Assembly (NCBI GenBank): GCA_951406725.2 | Contig: OX597817.1 | Span: 172,546,001 to 172,610,000, forward strand | DNA from: Octopus vulgaris | Taxonomy: Eukaryota | DNA: 64,000 nucleotides | Direction: 5' to 3' | Part shown: one piece after another, positions 38,927 to 52,540 of the stretch | Layout: each line of letters starts with the position of its first letter | Numbering within the stretch: position 1 is the stretch's first letter | Notes under the pieces: model-generated | Databases searched by the model: none | What the model saw: the letters and a program-made list of their open reading frames with translations, nothing else | Told to the model about the DNA's origin: nothing | Translations under genes and position numbers: made by a program

Positions 38927-39127
38927 GGCAGTAAGCTGGCAGAATCGTTAGTAATCTGGGTGAATTGCTTGGGAGCATTTCGTCCCGTATTCAAATTCCG
39001 CCGGCGTTGACTTTGCTTTTTCAGCCTTTCGGGATTAATAGAATAAGTACCAATTGAATGCTAAGGTCGATGCAACGATTTATCCCCTGTCCGGAAAGTG
39101 CTGTCCTTGGGCCAAAATTTGAATCCA
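38927..39127 (+). mobile_element. SINE family B, diverged
   Basis: aagctggcagaatcgttagt...ttcaaattccgccggcgttgactttgc. Confidence 0.75.
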
Positions 39128-39258
39128 GTGTAGCTGTACTTTTCATTTTTTTTTCCTCAAACGTCATTTTGTTTAAAGACTTTTTGTGATAAAGTTCTGT
39201 ACATATTAAGATGTCTATCATGAATCTACATTATTGAAACGCACTTCAAATATATTTC

Positions 39259-39358
39259 GATACTACTTAAATACAGAGGTCCCTAAAAACTAATCCTCAC
39301 CCTAACCCTAACTAACCCTAAAACTAACGCTACTAAACCTCTGTATTTAAGTAGTGCC
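39259..39358. mobile_element. 100-bp MITE whose interior is degenerate (CCCTAA)n
   Basis: TIR actacttaaatacagagg / cctctgtatttaagtagt encloses ccctaaaaactaatcctcaccctaaccctaactaaccctaaaactaa. Confidence 0.8.
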
Positions 39359-40356
39359 TGTTTTTCTTCATTGCATATTTTATATGTCAACGGATCCGTT
39401 AACCAATTGTCGGGCTACATGCTAAGGCAAATATTACATATACACTGGTATAGATTAAACCATCATCTCCAATGTGGAGAAAATTAGAGTATAGACTCAT
39501 AGTTTATAAGTAGAAGGTGAAGATTCAGAATAAAACCATCTAGAAATAATTTTATAAGTGATATTGGTGCACTATGACCTCTCTAATAAAGGACCCACGA
39601 AAATTATTTTTCTTTCCATTATTCTCATTGTGAATCGTTTGAATATAAAAAAACGGAGATGATTTAAATACCTTAGTTTTGTATTCGGTGAAAAGAAATC
39701 AGTGATTTAATTCAATGTAATATTCACAAGAACCGTTAATGTTATCTCATTAGACCTATCAAGAAGTTATAGCCTCCTCTCTTAGCAGAAAACACACGAT
39801 CAGCTAAAGTCTATCGGACCATATAAGCAGCTAATGTATACAAAGCACTCAAACGACTAATGTAGATAATCAACACTTCACAGAGAATGAATAGAGGAAT
39901 TGTTTTGGTTATAAAAGTAATTGGAAGAAATGTTAGTGTATTCAGCAATACGATGAGTAGAGCGATAATGAAAGGTATTTGCGATCATCGTGTATTGTTG
40001 GAGCTGTTTACAACTACATTATGCAATGTGTTCTGCTTTGATTAAAACTGTAGAACATGATTGGCTGGTAAGTTGGCTGCTGTCTCTTGTTGGTCGAGCG
40101 ACATCATAGAGGCTTCCTTGTTGGCCCGAGTCATGGAAAGTTTTTGTTGTTGTTAAACCCTAGGCCGGCCCTAATAGAGCAGACCAAAGACCAAACTACG
40201 TTTTAGTCAATATACTCCTATGAAAGTTACAAGGGTGCATATCTTTCGTAGTATCCAAAATACAGTAAATGTTTAATGTGTTGAGATTTCCATTTATGCA
40301 ATTTTTCCTTTAAAATTTAATTCCAGTTTGTGAAGTGGAGACGGAGTCAATTATCC

Positions 40357-40550
40357 TTTCTACTATAATCATAGAGAGGGGGGTAGTCAATTACATCGAC
40401 CCCACTGTTCAACTGGTACTTATTTTATTGACCCCAAAAGGATGAAAGGTAAAGTCACCCTTGGTGAAAATCGAACTCAGAACGTAAAGACGAACGAAAT
40501 GCCGCTAGTCATTTTGCCCGGAGCGCTAACGATTCTGCCAGCTCACCGCT
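40357..40550 (-). mobile_element. SINE family B, diverged
   Basis: tacatcgacccc...gatgaaaggtaaagtc...gattctgccagctcaccgc. Confidence 0.8.
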
Positions 40551-41119
40551 ATTACGACGATATAAATAATGCGATGCCTGTATCCAAGTCTACTTCCAAA
40601 TATTGGCCGTTGACCGATGTAGAATCATTAGTAAGAGAAATTACTATTAATGTTATGTAACTATTGTTAGATTGTACTTTTGAGTTGAATAAAATGTTTA
40701 AAAGACTGGCTTTAAATATTGGGATAAATACCAACTATAATGTGTTATGTCAGGCATAGTAGACGGACTATATTATTGCAACTCAACACAGCATGATTCG
40801 GTAGATTCAAATTCAAAATAGTGTCTGGTGCATGTATTGCCAAGGAACAGGCACTGGTTTCTTGCGCAAGGAACGAAGCAGTTCGAAGTCAAATGTCACC
40901 GCATAGCATCTCTTTTTTATGATAAACAAAGTGCAGCAATTTTAGTCACATTTACCGATTTAGTTCACCGTCATCGGTTCCGTCAAGAATCGCTTATTAC
41001 ATCATATCACAAATGGAACCTACTGAACGTTTCATTAAAAATTTAGAGGCTAGAATCATCCCAAGGATGATCAGTTCACATCGGCTGATAATATATAGTT
41101 ACGTTTCTGGACAGATCGC

Positions 41120-41475
41120 ACCTTTCTATAATTTCTCAGATACCCTCAATGTCAGACACGTGTATCAGATCATCTGGAATGATTTTTGAGACAGAATGGT
41201 AGATACGTCAATACTGATGTAACATTTCATTTTCATAGACAATAATTATATAATGCAAGCCAAAAGCTTTAACCTATGGGGCTGGCCAGATTGGAGCAAT
41301 CTCAATATTAATCAGCCGAAATTGCGAGGATGATACGGTTCTTGACTGAAGATAAAAGGCTTCGAATGACCCGTCGGTGTTTTTTGTATCGTCTATCTGG
41401 ATGTTTTGTTGTCCCCTTTTGTATCACCGAGTTGTCCGGATGTTTTGCTTTCTTGTCCCATTTTGTATTTTATTT
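41120..41475 (+). mobile_element. Possible Penelope-like 3' remnant
   Basis: Weak translation RYPQCQTRVSDHL...FI...KSFN resembles a GIY-YIG C-terminus and is followed by a T-rich tail. Confidence 0.35.
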
Positions 41476-41477
41476 TA

Positions 41478-41832
41478 TACGTACATACATACATACATAC
41501 ATACATACATGCATGCATACATACATGCATACATACATACACACATACATACATACATACATACATACATACATACATACATACATACATACATACATGC
41601 ATGCATACATACATACATACATACATGCATACATACATGCATGCATACATACATACATACATGCATACATACATACATACATACATACATACATACATAC
41701 ATACATACATACATACATACATACATGCATGCATACGTTCATACATACATACATACATACATGCATACATACATACATACATACATACATACATACATGC
41801 ATGCATACATACATACACACACACACATACAT

Positions 41833-41872
<40 letters not shown>

Positions 41873-42035
41873 ACATACATACATACGTACATACATACAT
41901 GCATACATACGTACATACATACATACATACATACATACATACATGCATACATACGTACATACATACATACATACATACATACATACATACATACATACAT
42001 ACATACATACATACATACATACATACATACATACA
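41478..42035. repeat. (ATAC)n microsatellite with ATGC variants
   Basis: Directly visible. Confidence 0.97.
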
Positions 42036-42124
42036 TCTATATGTGTATGCATGTATGTATATGCAGAAATATGTGTGTGCGCGCGCATGTGCATATGCTT
42101 GTGTCTCAGAGCATCGTATATATA

Positions 42125-42362
42125 TAAGAGGTGGTACCAAAAGGTTCCCAGGTTAGTTATGTTTAATATTTAAAAAATTACTTATTTTTCCTTAATTTTA
42201 ACATCATCTCCTTCGAAATAGTCACCTTGCGCAGCAATACACCGGTCCCGGCTTTCCTGCCACTTTTAGAATCCGGCCTGGAATGCGTTTTCTGTAAACG
42301 AATCGGGGGCCTTCTGCGATTCGCTCTGAATCTCGACAATGGTGTTAAAACGGTGACCTTTG
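42125..42362 (-). mobile_element. Mariner 3' end fragment
   Basis: Reverse-complement translation KGHRFNTIVEIQSESQKA...FQAGF*KWQESRDRCIAAQGDYFEGD, followed by a TIR-like end. Confidence 0.85.
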
Positions 42363-43077
42363 TCGCCAAAATAATACCATGTATGTTATTATTTAGTTGT
42401 ATTTCTAGGTTTCTTTCAAATGGAGACAAGAGCTGGTTTCTAATATACATCCAAGACACAGTCATTGGAATTTCGACATCACCAGACTTGTTGTGCAAGT
42501 ATGTGTGTATATGTACAAGTATTTGGAGTCTGTGCATGTACAAATCTACACATTTTATTTTATATATGCATAGATACTTGGATGGATGGGTGGATGGATG
42601 GGTGGATGGATAGAGGGACGGACGGACGGACGGACAGACGATTAAACATTGTATATTATTTTATTCCTATTTCATCTTCCGTCAAGACACAGTTTACTGA
42701 AATTATGAAATGATTAAAACATAATTTTGCCCAAGCATAAGACAAATGTATATTGAAGAAATTGTTCCAGCAAATATGGTATTTTGTACAAGAGAAAATA
42801 AAGATACAACTTCTTTGAGAGTACTAATTTTTTCCTGTTAATCGGGCAGATTTTGTCAAATTAACGGGAAATAATTCCCAAATAAATATTAGGGAATCAG
42901 GAGTTATTTCCCTTGTAGTAATTATAAAAGTCGTCATCGTCGTCATTGTCATGAATCGTACTCTCACAGAGAAAGTCTCAGATTAAGCGCATTCTCCAAA
43001 CCAGTTCGTAATAGTGTCCATCTATTTTGTTCTTTGCTTGCCTATCAATATACTACCCTCTACTCCTTCGAAGGAGA

Positions 43078-43415
43078 CGTAGGATCGCGGTTTCGATTCC
43101 CAGACCGGGCATTGTGAGTGTTTATTGAGCGAAAACACCTAAAGCTCCACGATGCTCCGGCAGGGATGGTGGTGATCCCTGCTGTACTCTTTCACCACAA
43201 CTTTCTCTCACTCTTACTTCCTGTTTCTGTTGTACCTGTATTTCAAAGGGCCGGCCTTGTCACTCTCTGTGTCACGCTGAATATCCCCGAGAACTACGTT
43301 AAGGGTGCACGTGTCTGTGGAGTGCTCAGCCGCTTACACGTTAATTTCACGAGCAGGCTGTTCCGTTGATCGGATCAACTGGAACCCTCGTCGTCGGAAC
43401 CGACGGAGTGCTTCC
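43078..43415 (+). mobile_element. SINE family C, 5'-truncated
   Basis: Near-identical to 45485-45868. Confidence 0.9.
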
Positions 43416-43657
43416 AATTGTCACATTTCAGCTTGTGTTTTTTTTCACGATGTTCGGGGGTTGTCGTCTTTCAATTTTATTTGTCCAAAACTCCGTTTAA
43501 GATGTTCTTCTCCAGTGCAAAAGCAAGGGATTTCTGGCTGTATTTTCACGTCGTCGTCGTTGTTGTTGTTGTTGTTGCTGCTGCTTCGGCTGCTGCTGCT
43601 GCTCTTGGTATTATGCTCTATTTCATTCTTCTATGTTGATTTAAAAATATAAACAAC

Positions 43658-44058
43658 TGCTGTGTGGTAAGTAGCTTGCTAACCAGCCACATGGTTCCGG
43701 GTTCAGTCCCACTGCGTGGCATCTTGGGCAAGTGTCTTCTGCTATAGCCCCGGGCTGACCAATGCCTTGTGAGTGGATTTGGTAGACGGAAACTGAAAGA
43801 AGCCTGTCGTATATATGTATATATATATAAGTGTGTGTGTATATGTTTGTGTGTCTGTGTTTGTCCCCCTAGCATTGCTTGACAACCGATGCTGGTGTGT
43901 TTACGTCCCCGTCACTTAGCGGTTCGGCAAAAGAGACCGATAGAATAAGTACTGGGCTTACAAAGAATAAGTCCCGGGGTCGATTTGCTCGACTAAAGGC
44001 GCTGCTCCAGCATGGCCGCAGTCAAACGACTGAAACAAGTAAAAGAGTAAAAGAGTAA
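43658..44058 (+). mobile_element. SINE family A
   Basis: Head gctgtgtggtaagtagcttgc...gggttcagtccc, CORE-like cttgggcaagtgtcttc and tail (aagagtaa)n. Confidence 0.9.
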
Positions 44059-44367
44059 CTATTTTCGTTGGTTATTTAATATCAACTTTTTAAATAAAAG
44101 TTATTCCTGAATATTCCTTAAACATTTTAGAGAAATATAATATTGTCGAACCAGTATCACTGTTAGAAATAGATTAGAAAAATCGTTATGTTTTTTTTTT
44201 TCACTTGCTAAACTGTCAATGTCTGGAAACTTCGGCATTTCTTGCCATGCATATGTTCTGTTTATTACGTCAGAGCTTCTTAAAGCATTTGTTTGACTTT
44301 GACAGCTGCACAGTTGGTTTGTTTTTTGGGTTTTTTTTACCATACAAAAACAGTCGAAGAGAAATCT

Positions 44368-44749
44368 GAAGCACTCCGTCGGTTACGACGACGAGGGTTC
44401 CGGTTGATCCGATCAACAGAACAGCCTGCTCGTGAAATTAACGTGTAAGTGGCTGAGTACTCCACAGACACGTGTACCCTTAACGTAGTTCTAGGGGATA
44501 TTCAGCGTGACACAGAGAGTGACAAGGCCGGCCCTTTGAAATACAGGTACAGCAGAAACAGGAAGTAAGAGTGAGAGAAAATTGTGGTGAAAGGGTACAG
44601 CAGGGATCACCACCATCCCCTGCCGGAGCCTCGTGGAGCTTTAGGTGTTTTCACTCAATAAACACTCACAACGCCCGGTCTGGGAATCGAAACCGCGATC
44701 CTACGACCGCGAGTCCGCTGCCCAAACCACTGGGCCATTGCGCCTCCAC
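44368..44749 (-). mobile_element. SINE family C with TSD cgaagagaaat
   Basis: Full family C sequence with direct repeats at 44355 and 44751. Confidence 0.92.
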
Positions 44750-44827
44750 ACGAAGAGAAATATAATATACTTCAAACTCTATAGCTAAAATAAAACGTGT
44801 ATCACAAGGAACCTTTTAGTTATAACC

Positions 44828-45420
44828 TTTATTTCATTTAATTTGCCACAAGGGCAGTACACAGAGAAGCTTTCGGGCTGGACACGGACATTAATGAGAT
44901 GAGTGATAATGATACAAGGATGATAAGGATGGGAGAAGAGGAAAAGCGGCCGCCGACTTTCGCTTCTCTAAACCATTGTTCCATTAAAACGTCACATCGA
45001 GGCAATAAACCTCTTACACATTTCCAAGACAAAAACACATTTAAGAGGCAATAATCCTCTTACATATTTGTAGTTCAAAAAACCTATTGGGGCAATAAAC
45101 CTCTCACAAAAATTCAACTACTTTCTTTTCTGCCCGACCAGGCTCCTCGCTTCTTCGAAGCATCTGGATAGTAGCAAGGCAGAGCACTTCATCATATGTT
45201 CGAAGGAGTCCGCCGGGAAGGAATTCATTATCCTGTACAGATCGGTTTCCCATATGACCTCCGCAGCCACCTGCAAAGGCCACTCAGAGTCCTCCGTGCA
45301 GGACAGAAGCCCCTCCCACCGGCCCTTCCCTTTCAATTTTCCTAATCACGTTTTGCAGTGTCCCTCCCTCGTGGAAGAGGACCACAAATTCCGAAATATG
45401 CTTATCCAGTTTTCAATCGA
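44828..45420 (-). mobile_element. Probable L1/Tx1-like LINE 3' end
   Basis: ORF remnant LQVAAEVIWET, a 3'UTR with three ggcaataaacctct motifs, and terminal rc tctctgtgtactgcccttgtggcaaattaatgaaataaa. Confidence 0.45.
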
Positions 45421-45484
45421 AAAACAAAACAAAGATGATTACCCATCAACGATTTCCTATTGTAAGCGTTCGTATACCAATGTT

Positions 45485-45868
45485 GTGGAGGCGCAATGGC
45501 CCAGTGGTTAGGGCAGCGAACTCGCGGTCGTAGGATTGCGGTTTCGATTCCCAGACCGGGCATTGTGAGTGTTTATTGAGCGAAAACACCTAAAGCTCCA
45601 CGAGGCTCCGGCAGGGGATGGTGGTGATCCCTGCTGTACTCTTTCACCACAACTTTCTCTCACTCTTACTTCCTGTTTCTGTTGTACCTGTATTTCAAAG
45701 GGGCCGGTCTTGTCACTCTCTGTGTCACGCTGAATATCCCCGAGAATTACGTTAAGGGTACACGTGTCTGTGGAGTGCTCAGCCACTTACACGTTAATTT
45801 CACGAGCAGGCTGTTCCGTTGATCGGATCAACCGGAACCCTCGTCGTCGTAACCGACGGAGTGCTTCC
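45485..45868 (+). mobile_element. SINE family C, full length
   Basis: Full family C sequence; taccaatgtt is repeated on both sides. Confidence 0.92.
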
Positions 45869-46364
45869 TTTAGAGAAGAAGAAAGAACAAAAATACCAAT
45901 GTTAAGGAAAATTATCTTCTTTTCGCGGTACATTCGACTTTTCTAGAAACACTAAAAGAAAATATTTCTTTACTAAAACTAAAGAGAATGAGAACAGCTT
46001 TATCTAAAATAAGTGGGTTTAAATATGATTTTTCTTTCCACCATCTTCACCACATCGCTCTTTACTGAAGGATCAAGAAACATTCTCAGAACAATGGGAA
46101 ACTAACTTAACATTTTATGTCACGTTGCTTAAATATTAGATTTCTTCCAACAGTTCGTAAATAGATGTTTACACTTTTTTATTACTTCGTCAGAGCGTCT
46201 TAAAACATAACTTCCCATTTGTTTGACTATGTCACATGCACATCCACGTTTTGTTGAACAATTTTTATGATAAAAGTAAAAATTCAGTTTTTTTGTTTGT
46301 TTTTTTTTTTTTGTTAGTTTAGTCATTCTTTGCATCAGCAAATTATAGGCCATATCGAGGTGGT

Positions 46365-46567
46365 GAGTTGATAGAACCTTTAGCAAACTGGGAGAGATGC
46401 TTAACGGCATTTCGTCCGTCTCTATATTCTGAGTTCAAATTCCGCCGAGACTGACTTTGCCTTTCATCATTTCGGAGACGATAAAATAAGTTGAGCACTG
46501 GGGTTGTTTGAATCGACTTGATTCCTTTCCCCAAATTGCTGGCCTTGTGCCAAATTTTGAAACCAAA
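46365..46567 (+). mobile_element. SINE family B, diverged
   Basis: ttctgagttcaaattccgccgagactgactttgcctttcatc. Confidence 0.75.
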
Positions 46568-47038
46568 TTACAAACCATTTTGTATATTTATTGTTGATTT
46601 ATAGTTGGATATATTTCCTAAGAATAAATTGGAATTTCATTGAAATACGTATCATTATGAAGCAATGTTAATATACATTAGGAAAACTTTCACAAATTTC
46701 TTTGTATTCTAAGGTGCGAGAGATACTGTTTTTGTTTATGTCTCTGTCTGTCCTTGTGGCACATAGGTGTTCGAATGCCAGCCTGTCGTACATAAGTGGA
46801 CATTCCAACAACCACATACGACCTGAAGTTCTACAGCTCCTGAATTGTTGTTGGATATGATGCTCAGCGGACACAAACTTCAGCATACGCTTACGCGTGC
46901 TTCCACAGAGCATCGGTCCTCTGATATCTTCTACCTTTACACATTTTTCTACAGGATGTACAATTACTTTCTTTCTTGCCCTTGTCCTATGCGAGACTTC
47001 AGAGCGTAGTGGGATGAACGATCAGATCACGGTAAACC

Positions 47039-47590
47039 TATTTCTTTATTACCCACAAGGGGCTAAACACAGATGGGACAAACAAGGACAGACAAACGGA
47101 TTAAATCGATTATATCGACCCCAGTACGTAAGTGGTACTTATTTAATCGACCCCGAAAGGATGAAAGGCAAAGTCGACCTCGGCAGAATTTGAACTCAGA
47201 ACGTAGCTGCAGGCGAAATACCGCAAAGCATTTCGCCCGGTGTGCTAACGGTTCTGCCAGCTCGCCACCCAAAGCACTAGTTTCACAGGACTGAAGATGC
47301 GGCAGGACTCAAAGACCACAGGTGGACCCATGCAGTCGTCGAGTGGTATCCAAGAGAAGGCGGCAAACTGGCAGAATCGTTAGCACGCCGGGCGAAATGC
47401 TTAGCGGTATTTAGTCTGCCGCTACGTTCTGAGTACAAATTCCGCCGAGGTCGACTTTGCCTTTCATCCTTTCGGGGTCGATTAAATAAGTACCAGTTAC
47501 GCACTGAGGTCGATATAATCGACTTAATCCGTTTGTCTGTCCTTGTTTGTCCTCTCTGTGTGTAGCCCCTTGAGGGTAATAAAGAAATAG
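47039..47590. mobile_element. Divergently oriented pair of family B SINEs (47039-47268 on -, 47358-47590 on +)
   Basis: Arms are mutually complementary. The second copy has TSD ggtatccaagaga. Confidence 0.9.
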
Positions 47591-47740
47591 GTATCCAAGA
47601 GAACAAAAGAGACCACTCGGAAAAAGACGGCCAAGATTGTGGGAAGATGACATAGTCAACAAATTCGGGCCCAAATAGATAAGAAGTGAGCAACGGAGGA
47701 GCGGGATCGAATCATAACCAGGGATGTATGATGACATCTG
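47275..47740 (+). mobile_element. RTE LINE 3' remnant split by a SINE
   Basis: Joined translation AGLKDHRWTHAVVEWYPREQKRPLGKR..RLWEDDIVNKFGP. Confidence 0.75.
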
Positions 47741-47793
47741 ATTGTCTGATCGATAAAGGGATTGAATGATAAAACGATGGAGCAATACACGTA

Positions 47794-47871
<78 letters not shown>

Positions 47872-48086
47872 TGTGCGCGTGTATATAGATAGAGAGAGAG
47901 GAGAGACGGAGAAACAGAAATTGAGAGAGAGACAACTGCAGACAAATATACATACACACACATACACACACTTACATGTATACTGTGTGTGTGTGTGTGT
48001 GCGTGTGTGTATGCGCGTGTGTGTGTATGTGCGTGCGTGTGTGTATGTGCGTGTGTGTGTGTATGTGCGTGCGTGTATGTGCGTGC

Positions 48087-48142
<56 letters not shown>

Positions 48143-48593
48143 GTCCATTCCAATGCGGTTTTGTTGTCATCTTCAAACGTTTGTTTCGTTGCCATAGATA
48201 TGTTTTATTACGTCAGACTATTCTGTGACAAAACTTCACATTTGAACAATTTTCGATTCACACGATTTTCTATCAAATCATATTTTATTTTACTCCAGCA
48301 ACTGAAAAAGGATGCGTTTGACTATCTTAAATAAGAATCATGAGGAACTTCTTTGTACTATTTTTTAAATAATCCTATCCAAGTCTCAGTTCCATAACAC
48401 AACTGATATAAGACAAGAATACACAACGAAGGTTTTCCAAATGTAAGCATCCATAATCAAAGGTCAAATATTCACCACTAAAAATGGATTCTGCATTCGA
48501 ACGCACCGGGGAATATTTCAGCGTTTGGTCTTAATACTACATCCGTCGCTCTGTTTATTCATATGCAAAGTTTAAAGTAAGATATGGATGGAT

Positions 48594-48979
48594 GGAAGCA
48601 CTCCGTCGGTTCCGACGACGAGGGTTCCGGTTGATCCGAATCAACGGAACAGCCTGCTCGTGAAATTAACGTGTAAGTGGCTGAGTACTCCACAGACACG
48701 TGTACCCTTAACGTAGTTCTTGGGGATATTCAGCGTGACACAGAGAGTGACAAGGCCGGCCCTTTGAAATACAGGTACAACAGAAACAGGAAGTAAGAGT
48801 GAGAGAAAGTTGTGGTGAAAGAGTACAGCAGGGATCACCACCATCCCCTGCCGGAGCCTCGTGGAGCTTTTAGGTGTTTTTCGCTCAATAAACACTCACA
48901 ACGCCCGGTCTGGGAATCGAAACCGCGATCCTTCGACCGCGAGTCCGCTGCCCTAACCACTGGGCCATTGCGCCTCCAC
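48594..48979 (-). mobile_element. SINE family C with TSD aaagtaagatat
   Basis: Full family C sequence with a short (tcca)n tail. Confidence 0.92.
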
Positions 48980-49369
48980 AAAGTAAGATATACACTCCCA
49001 GGAGAGACGGAGAGACGTGGGGATAGGGTCCCTTGGCACATCCTTCATATTTTATTCATGGTTACATATTTAAATCCCATCGATTTTTTTTATTATTATT
49101 CTTTTATTTGTTCCAGTCATTGGACTGCGGCCATTGGAAGGGGATGAGGGCACCACCCCGAAGGGTTTAGTCGAGAGGTGTGATGGTAGCAGACATTTTC
49201 AACATGTTGTGCCATCTTCGATTGATGATCCTTCGGGATACACTTTTCTGTAACAGAAGGAATCAATGAAAGTGCTTAGTGAATAAGCCTGCCAGAAATA
49301 GCAACAACATTCCCTCAAATAACAAAATGCAATGCGAAATTTAAAAATAAAAGAACTGTAGAGTAACGT

Positions 49370-50025
49370 TACTTGACGGGGTGCGTGGCCCAGAGATCAG
49401 ATTTGTGTTTCCAGGTCGAACCGCAGCTTCTCCACATTGAGGGGTCACAGCACCGATATTACGAACATTTGACTAGAATGTAGCAGGAAAGAATCGTAAA
49501 ATGGATTCTTCAAGCCGAGTCAACTGGTGAAAGACTTCGGATTAGACCAAAAGCGAGACGGTTTGATAATATCTATAGTCTCTGGCGATCACGCCTGGGA
49601 ATCAGACCGGATAGTGTAATGACGATTGCTTCTGATATTTGGAGGAGGTACCTGAGGACTCTACTCCCAACGACTATCCCAAGATTAGTGGACGGACGGA
49701 CGGACGGACGGACGGACGGACGAACAGACGGACGGACAGGCGGACGGACAGACGGATGGCTGGATGGAGAGATTGAAGGAAGGAAGGAAGGAAGGAAGGA
49801 AGGAAGGAAGAAAAAGGAAGCAAGGAAGGAAGGAAGGAAAGAAGGAAGAAAAAGGAAGGAAGGAAGGGAAGGGAAGGAGGGAGGTGGAAGGAAGGAAAAG
49901 GAAGGAAGGAAGGGAAGGGAAGGAGGGAGGTGGAAGGAAGGAAGGAAGGAAGGAAGGAAGGAAGGAAGGAAAAGGAAGGAAGGAAGGGAAGGGAAGGAGG
50001 GAGGTGGAAGGAAGGAAGGAAGGAC
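49370..50025 (+). mobile_element. Rex3/Expander-type RTE 3' end with (GGAC)n and (GGAA)n tail
   Basis: Translation VEPQLLHIEGSQHRYYEHLTRM*QERIVKWILQAESTGERLRIRPKARRFDNI..RLGI. Confidence 0.8.
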
Positions 50026-51049
50026 GCTAAAGCTAATTGTGGTCATTTCTATTGCACAATTGTTTCCATTGTGAGGATCCATAATCTTTTTCACATCCTT
50101 TTTTCAATTTTAACCCGGTTCTAGACTAAGATTAAGATTAAGATTAAGGTTTACCAAGTAAGTCACATGTTACACGGAAAACGAAATCGGTGAGTCGAAA
50201 CAAGTTAATATGGAATAATCTCGAAAACAAATTACGTCTGCAGAAGAAAGAATTTCTTTTGTTATCTTATTTTTAAATCCGTGTTTGTATTTTTTTTTCT
50301 GGAATCATTAAAACATTCACAACACCGAATATAAAATCCTCTTAAATGATATTTTCCGATGTAATTCACTGCCATTTTATTTTCGTTACCATGGAGACAT
50401 ATTACGTCTATTACGTAATCACATCACAAATGAAACCAACTGAATCTAGAATCTAGAGACAGGAGGAGAGGATAAAATACTGCGTAGAACTATCTCAAAG
50501 GTGTTTTTTTTAATAGGTTGATAATATTCGATTGAATTGGGGGGGGGGGTACTGCCCTTCATTTTTGAGGTAAAACCCTTAATTTTACACTTTTTCAAAA
50601 TACTTTAAATGTTGGAGATAGGTATCAGAGCCCCTTGGAGAGATGCCTTTTTATTTGCCGTAAGAATAGAACTGATTATAGGTCCTTAAAAAACATGTAT
50701 TATCTTTGGTAAAAAGTACGAACCTCAGATAACCAAAATGTTGACTCTAAGAAAACATAAAGCAGCTGTTTTGTCAAAATTACATCAATACTTGTCGAAT
50801 AAATGTGACCGCGTGCAGAATTGATAATTTCGTTCATGTATTTATTTATATATATATAGTAATTCATCATTAGACCAAGTGACTTCAAACAATCTGGGTT
50901 ACATGTAATGGTGACTTGTCCCATAGTGGTTTGCAACTTCTAATTTTAAACTCCTACACGATCTGAATCACAGGAAGTAGAACGAATGTTGGAATTTCGT
51001 TTCTTTTTCTTCTTTCATTTACTTTTTTCTTTTGCTTTTATTTAAATGC

Positions 51050-51300
51050 TATCACTTTCTTTTAAGTGCAAATTGGGTGTTTAAAAAAAATTAGTTATAT
51101 GAGGTAGATATAAAGGTCCCTTCCAGGGGCCGTATTATCGATTTTTTTCAACAATCTAAGAGTGTCACGAGGTTTCCAGACATGAGTTCAATTCACGTGT
51201 TAAGTTTCATCAAAATCAATAAAACGATGTAGGAGGAGTTAGCTAACAACGCCACAAACACACCCACAGACAGAATTTCCACATATGTAGTATATATATA
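51050..51300 (-). mobile_element. Possible non-autonomous Helitron/Helentron terminal region
   Basis: aagtttcatcaaaatc...gtaggaggagtt...cacagacaga...gtagtatatat resembles DINE/HINE-type ends. Confidence 0.4.
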
Positions 51301-51312
51301 TATATATGTATA

Positions 51313-51353
<41 letters not shown>

Positions 51354-52508
51354 ATATATAAATGAGGGTGAAAAATTTGATATTAATTTAATAATTCCAT
51401 CAATTTAACACCAAGTGACTTAGCACATAAAAACCAGGGATACAATACAAATTTATGCATAAATATCAGAGAGTAACCACTATGTGGTCGACTCTCTCTC
51501 TCTCTACTTCACTCCATTACACCATCTTCATAACACTGTCCCTCTTTCTCTCGCTATTTCGTCTCTCTAAAGATATAGACGCTCCTTCTCTCTTTCTCTA
51601 TCTCTTTGCTTCACTCCATCAGCCCATAATTCTTCTCTCAGACCCTCAATCTCTCTTCTCCTCTCTCTCTACTTCCTCTCTATAAATACATTAAGACACA
51701 CTCTCCCGCTTTCTCTTTTTCTTTACTTTTCTCCATCGCACCATTCTTCTCTCACCCCCTCAAACTCCCTAAATATAGTATATATATATGTGTGTGTGTG
51801 TGTGTATGTATGCATACATATATGTATATATATGCATGTGTATGTATGTGTGTGTGTGTGTATATATAGAGAGAGAGAGGGAGAGAGAGACACTCTTTCT
51901 CTCTCCTATTTTTTCATTTCTCTCCATCACGCGTCTTTCTCTGTCTCTTCACTTCTCTCTGTCACACCGTCTTTCTTCTCTCAACCTCTCAATCTTCCTA
52001 AATATATAGACAAAACTCTCTCTCTCTTCCTCTCTTCTATCAGCCTCTCAATCACACCGTTAATTTTTTTTTTAATAAATAAAATATCCATAAAAATGTT
52101 CAGAAACTGGAGGAGCATGGAATTGGCATTGTTTTTGAGAGCCTGGTACTGTGCTGATGAGATAAACCAAACAATATTCACAGCTGCGCTGGAGAGCAAT
52201 GGTTACAAAAGAACTTTATCACAGAACGAAAGCAGCAAGAGTTTACACGCTCCTAAGCTCTCATACGATCCTACATCAGCACTTTTGATGCAATCTATGA
52301 TAATGAACACAGCGAAGATGACAAGGATGGGGGCACGAATGTAGATGAAAGATGTTACCCCCACTTGGTATATGTATATATATATATATATTAGAGAGAG
52401 AGAGAGAGAGAGAGAGAGATACTCTTTCTCTCACCTCTCTATTTTTCATTTCTCCCCAACACACGGTCTTTCTTCTCTCAGACCCTCAACCTCTATTATA
52501 AATACATG

Positions 52509-52540
<32 letters not shown>

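Noticed and set aside
41335-41375. ctgaaga...gaat hammerhead candidate
   Set aside because: GAAA core and stems are absent.
52060-52370. Non-repetitive island within a CT-rich tract as a possible exon
   Set aside because: No recognisable motif or convincing splice sites; it may be a TE scrap.
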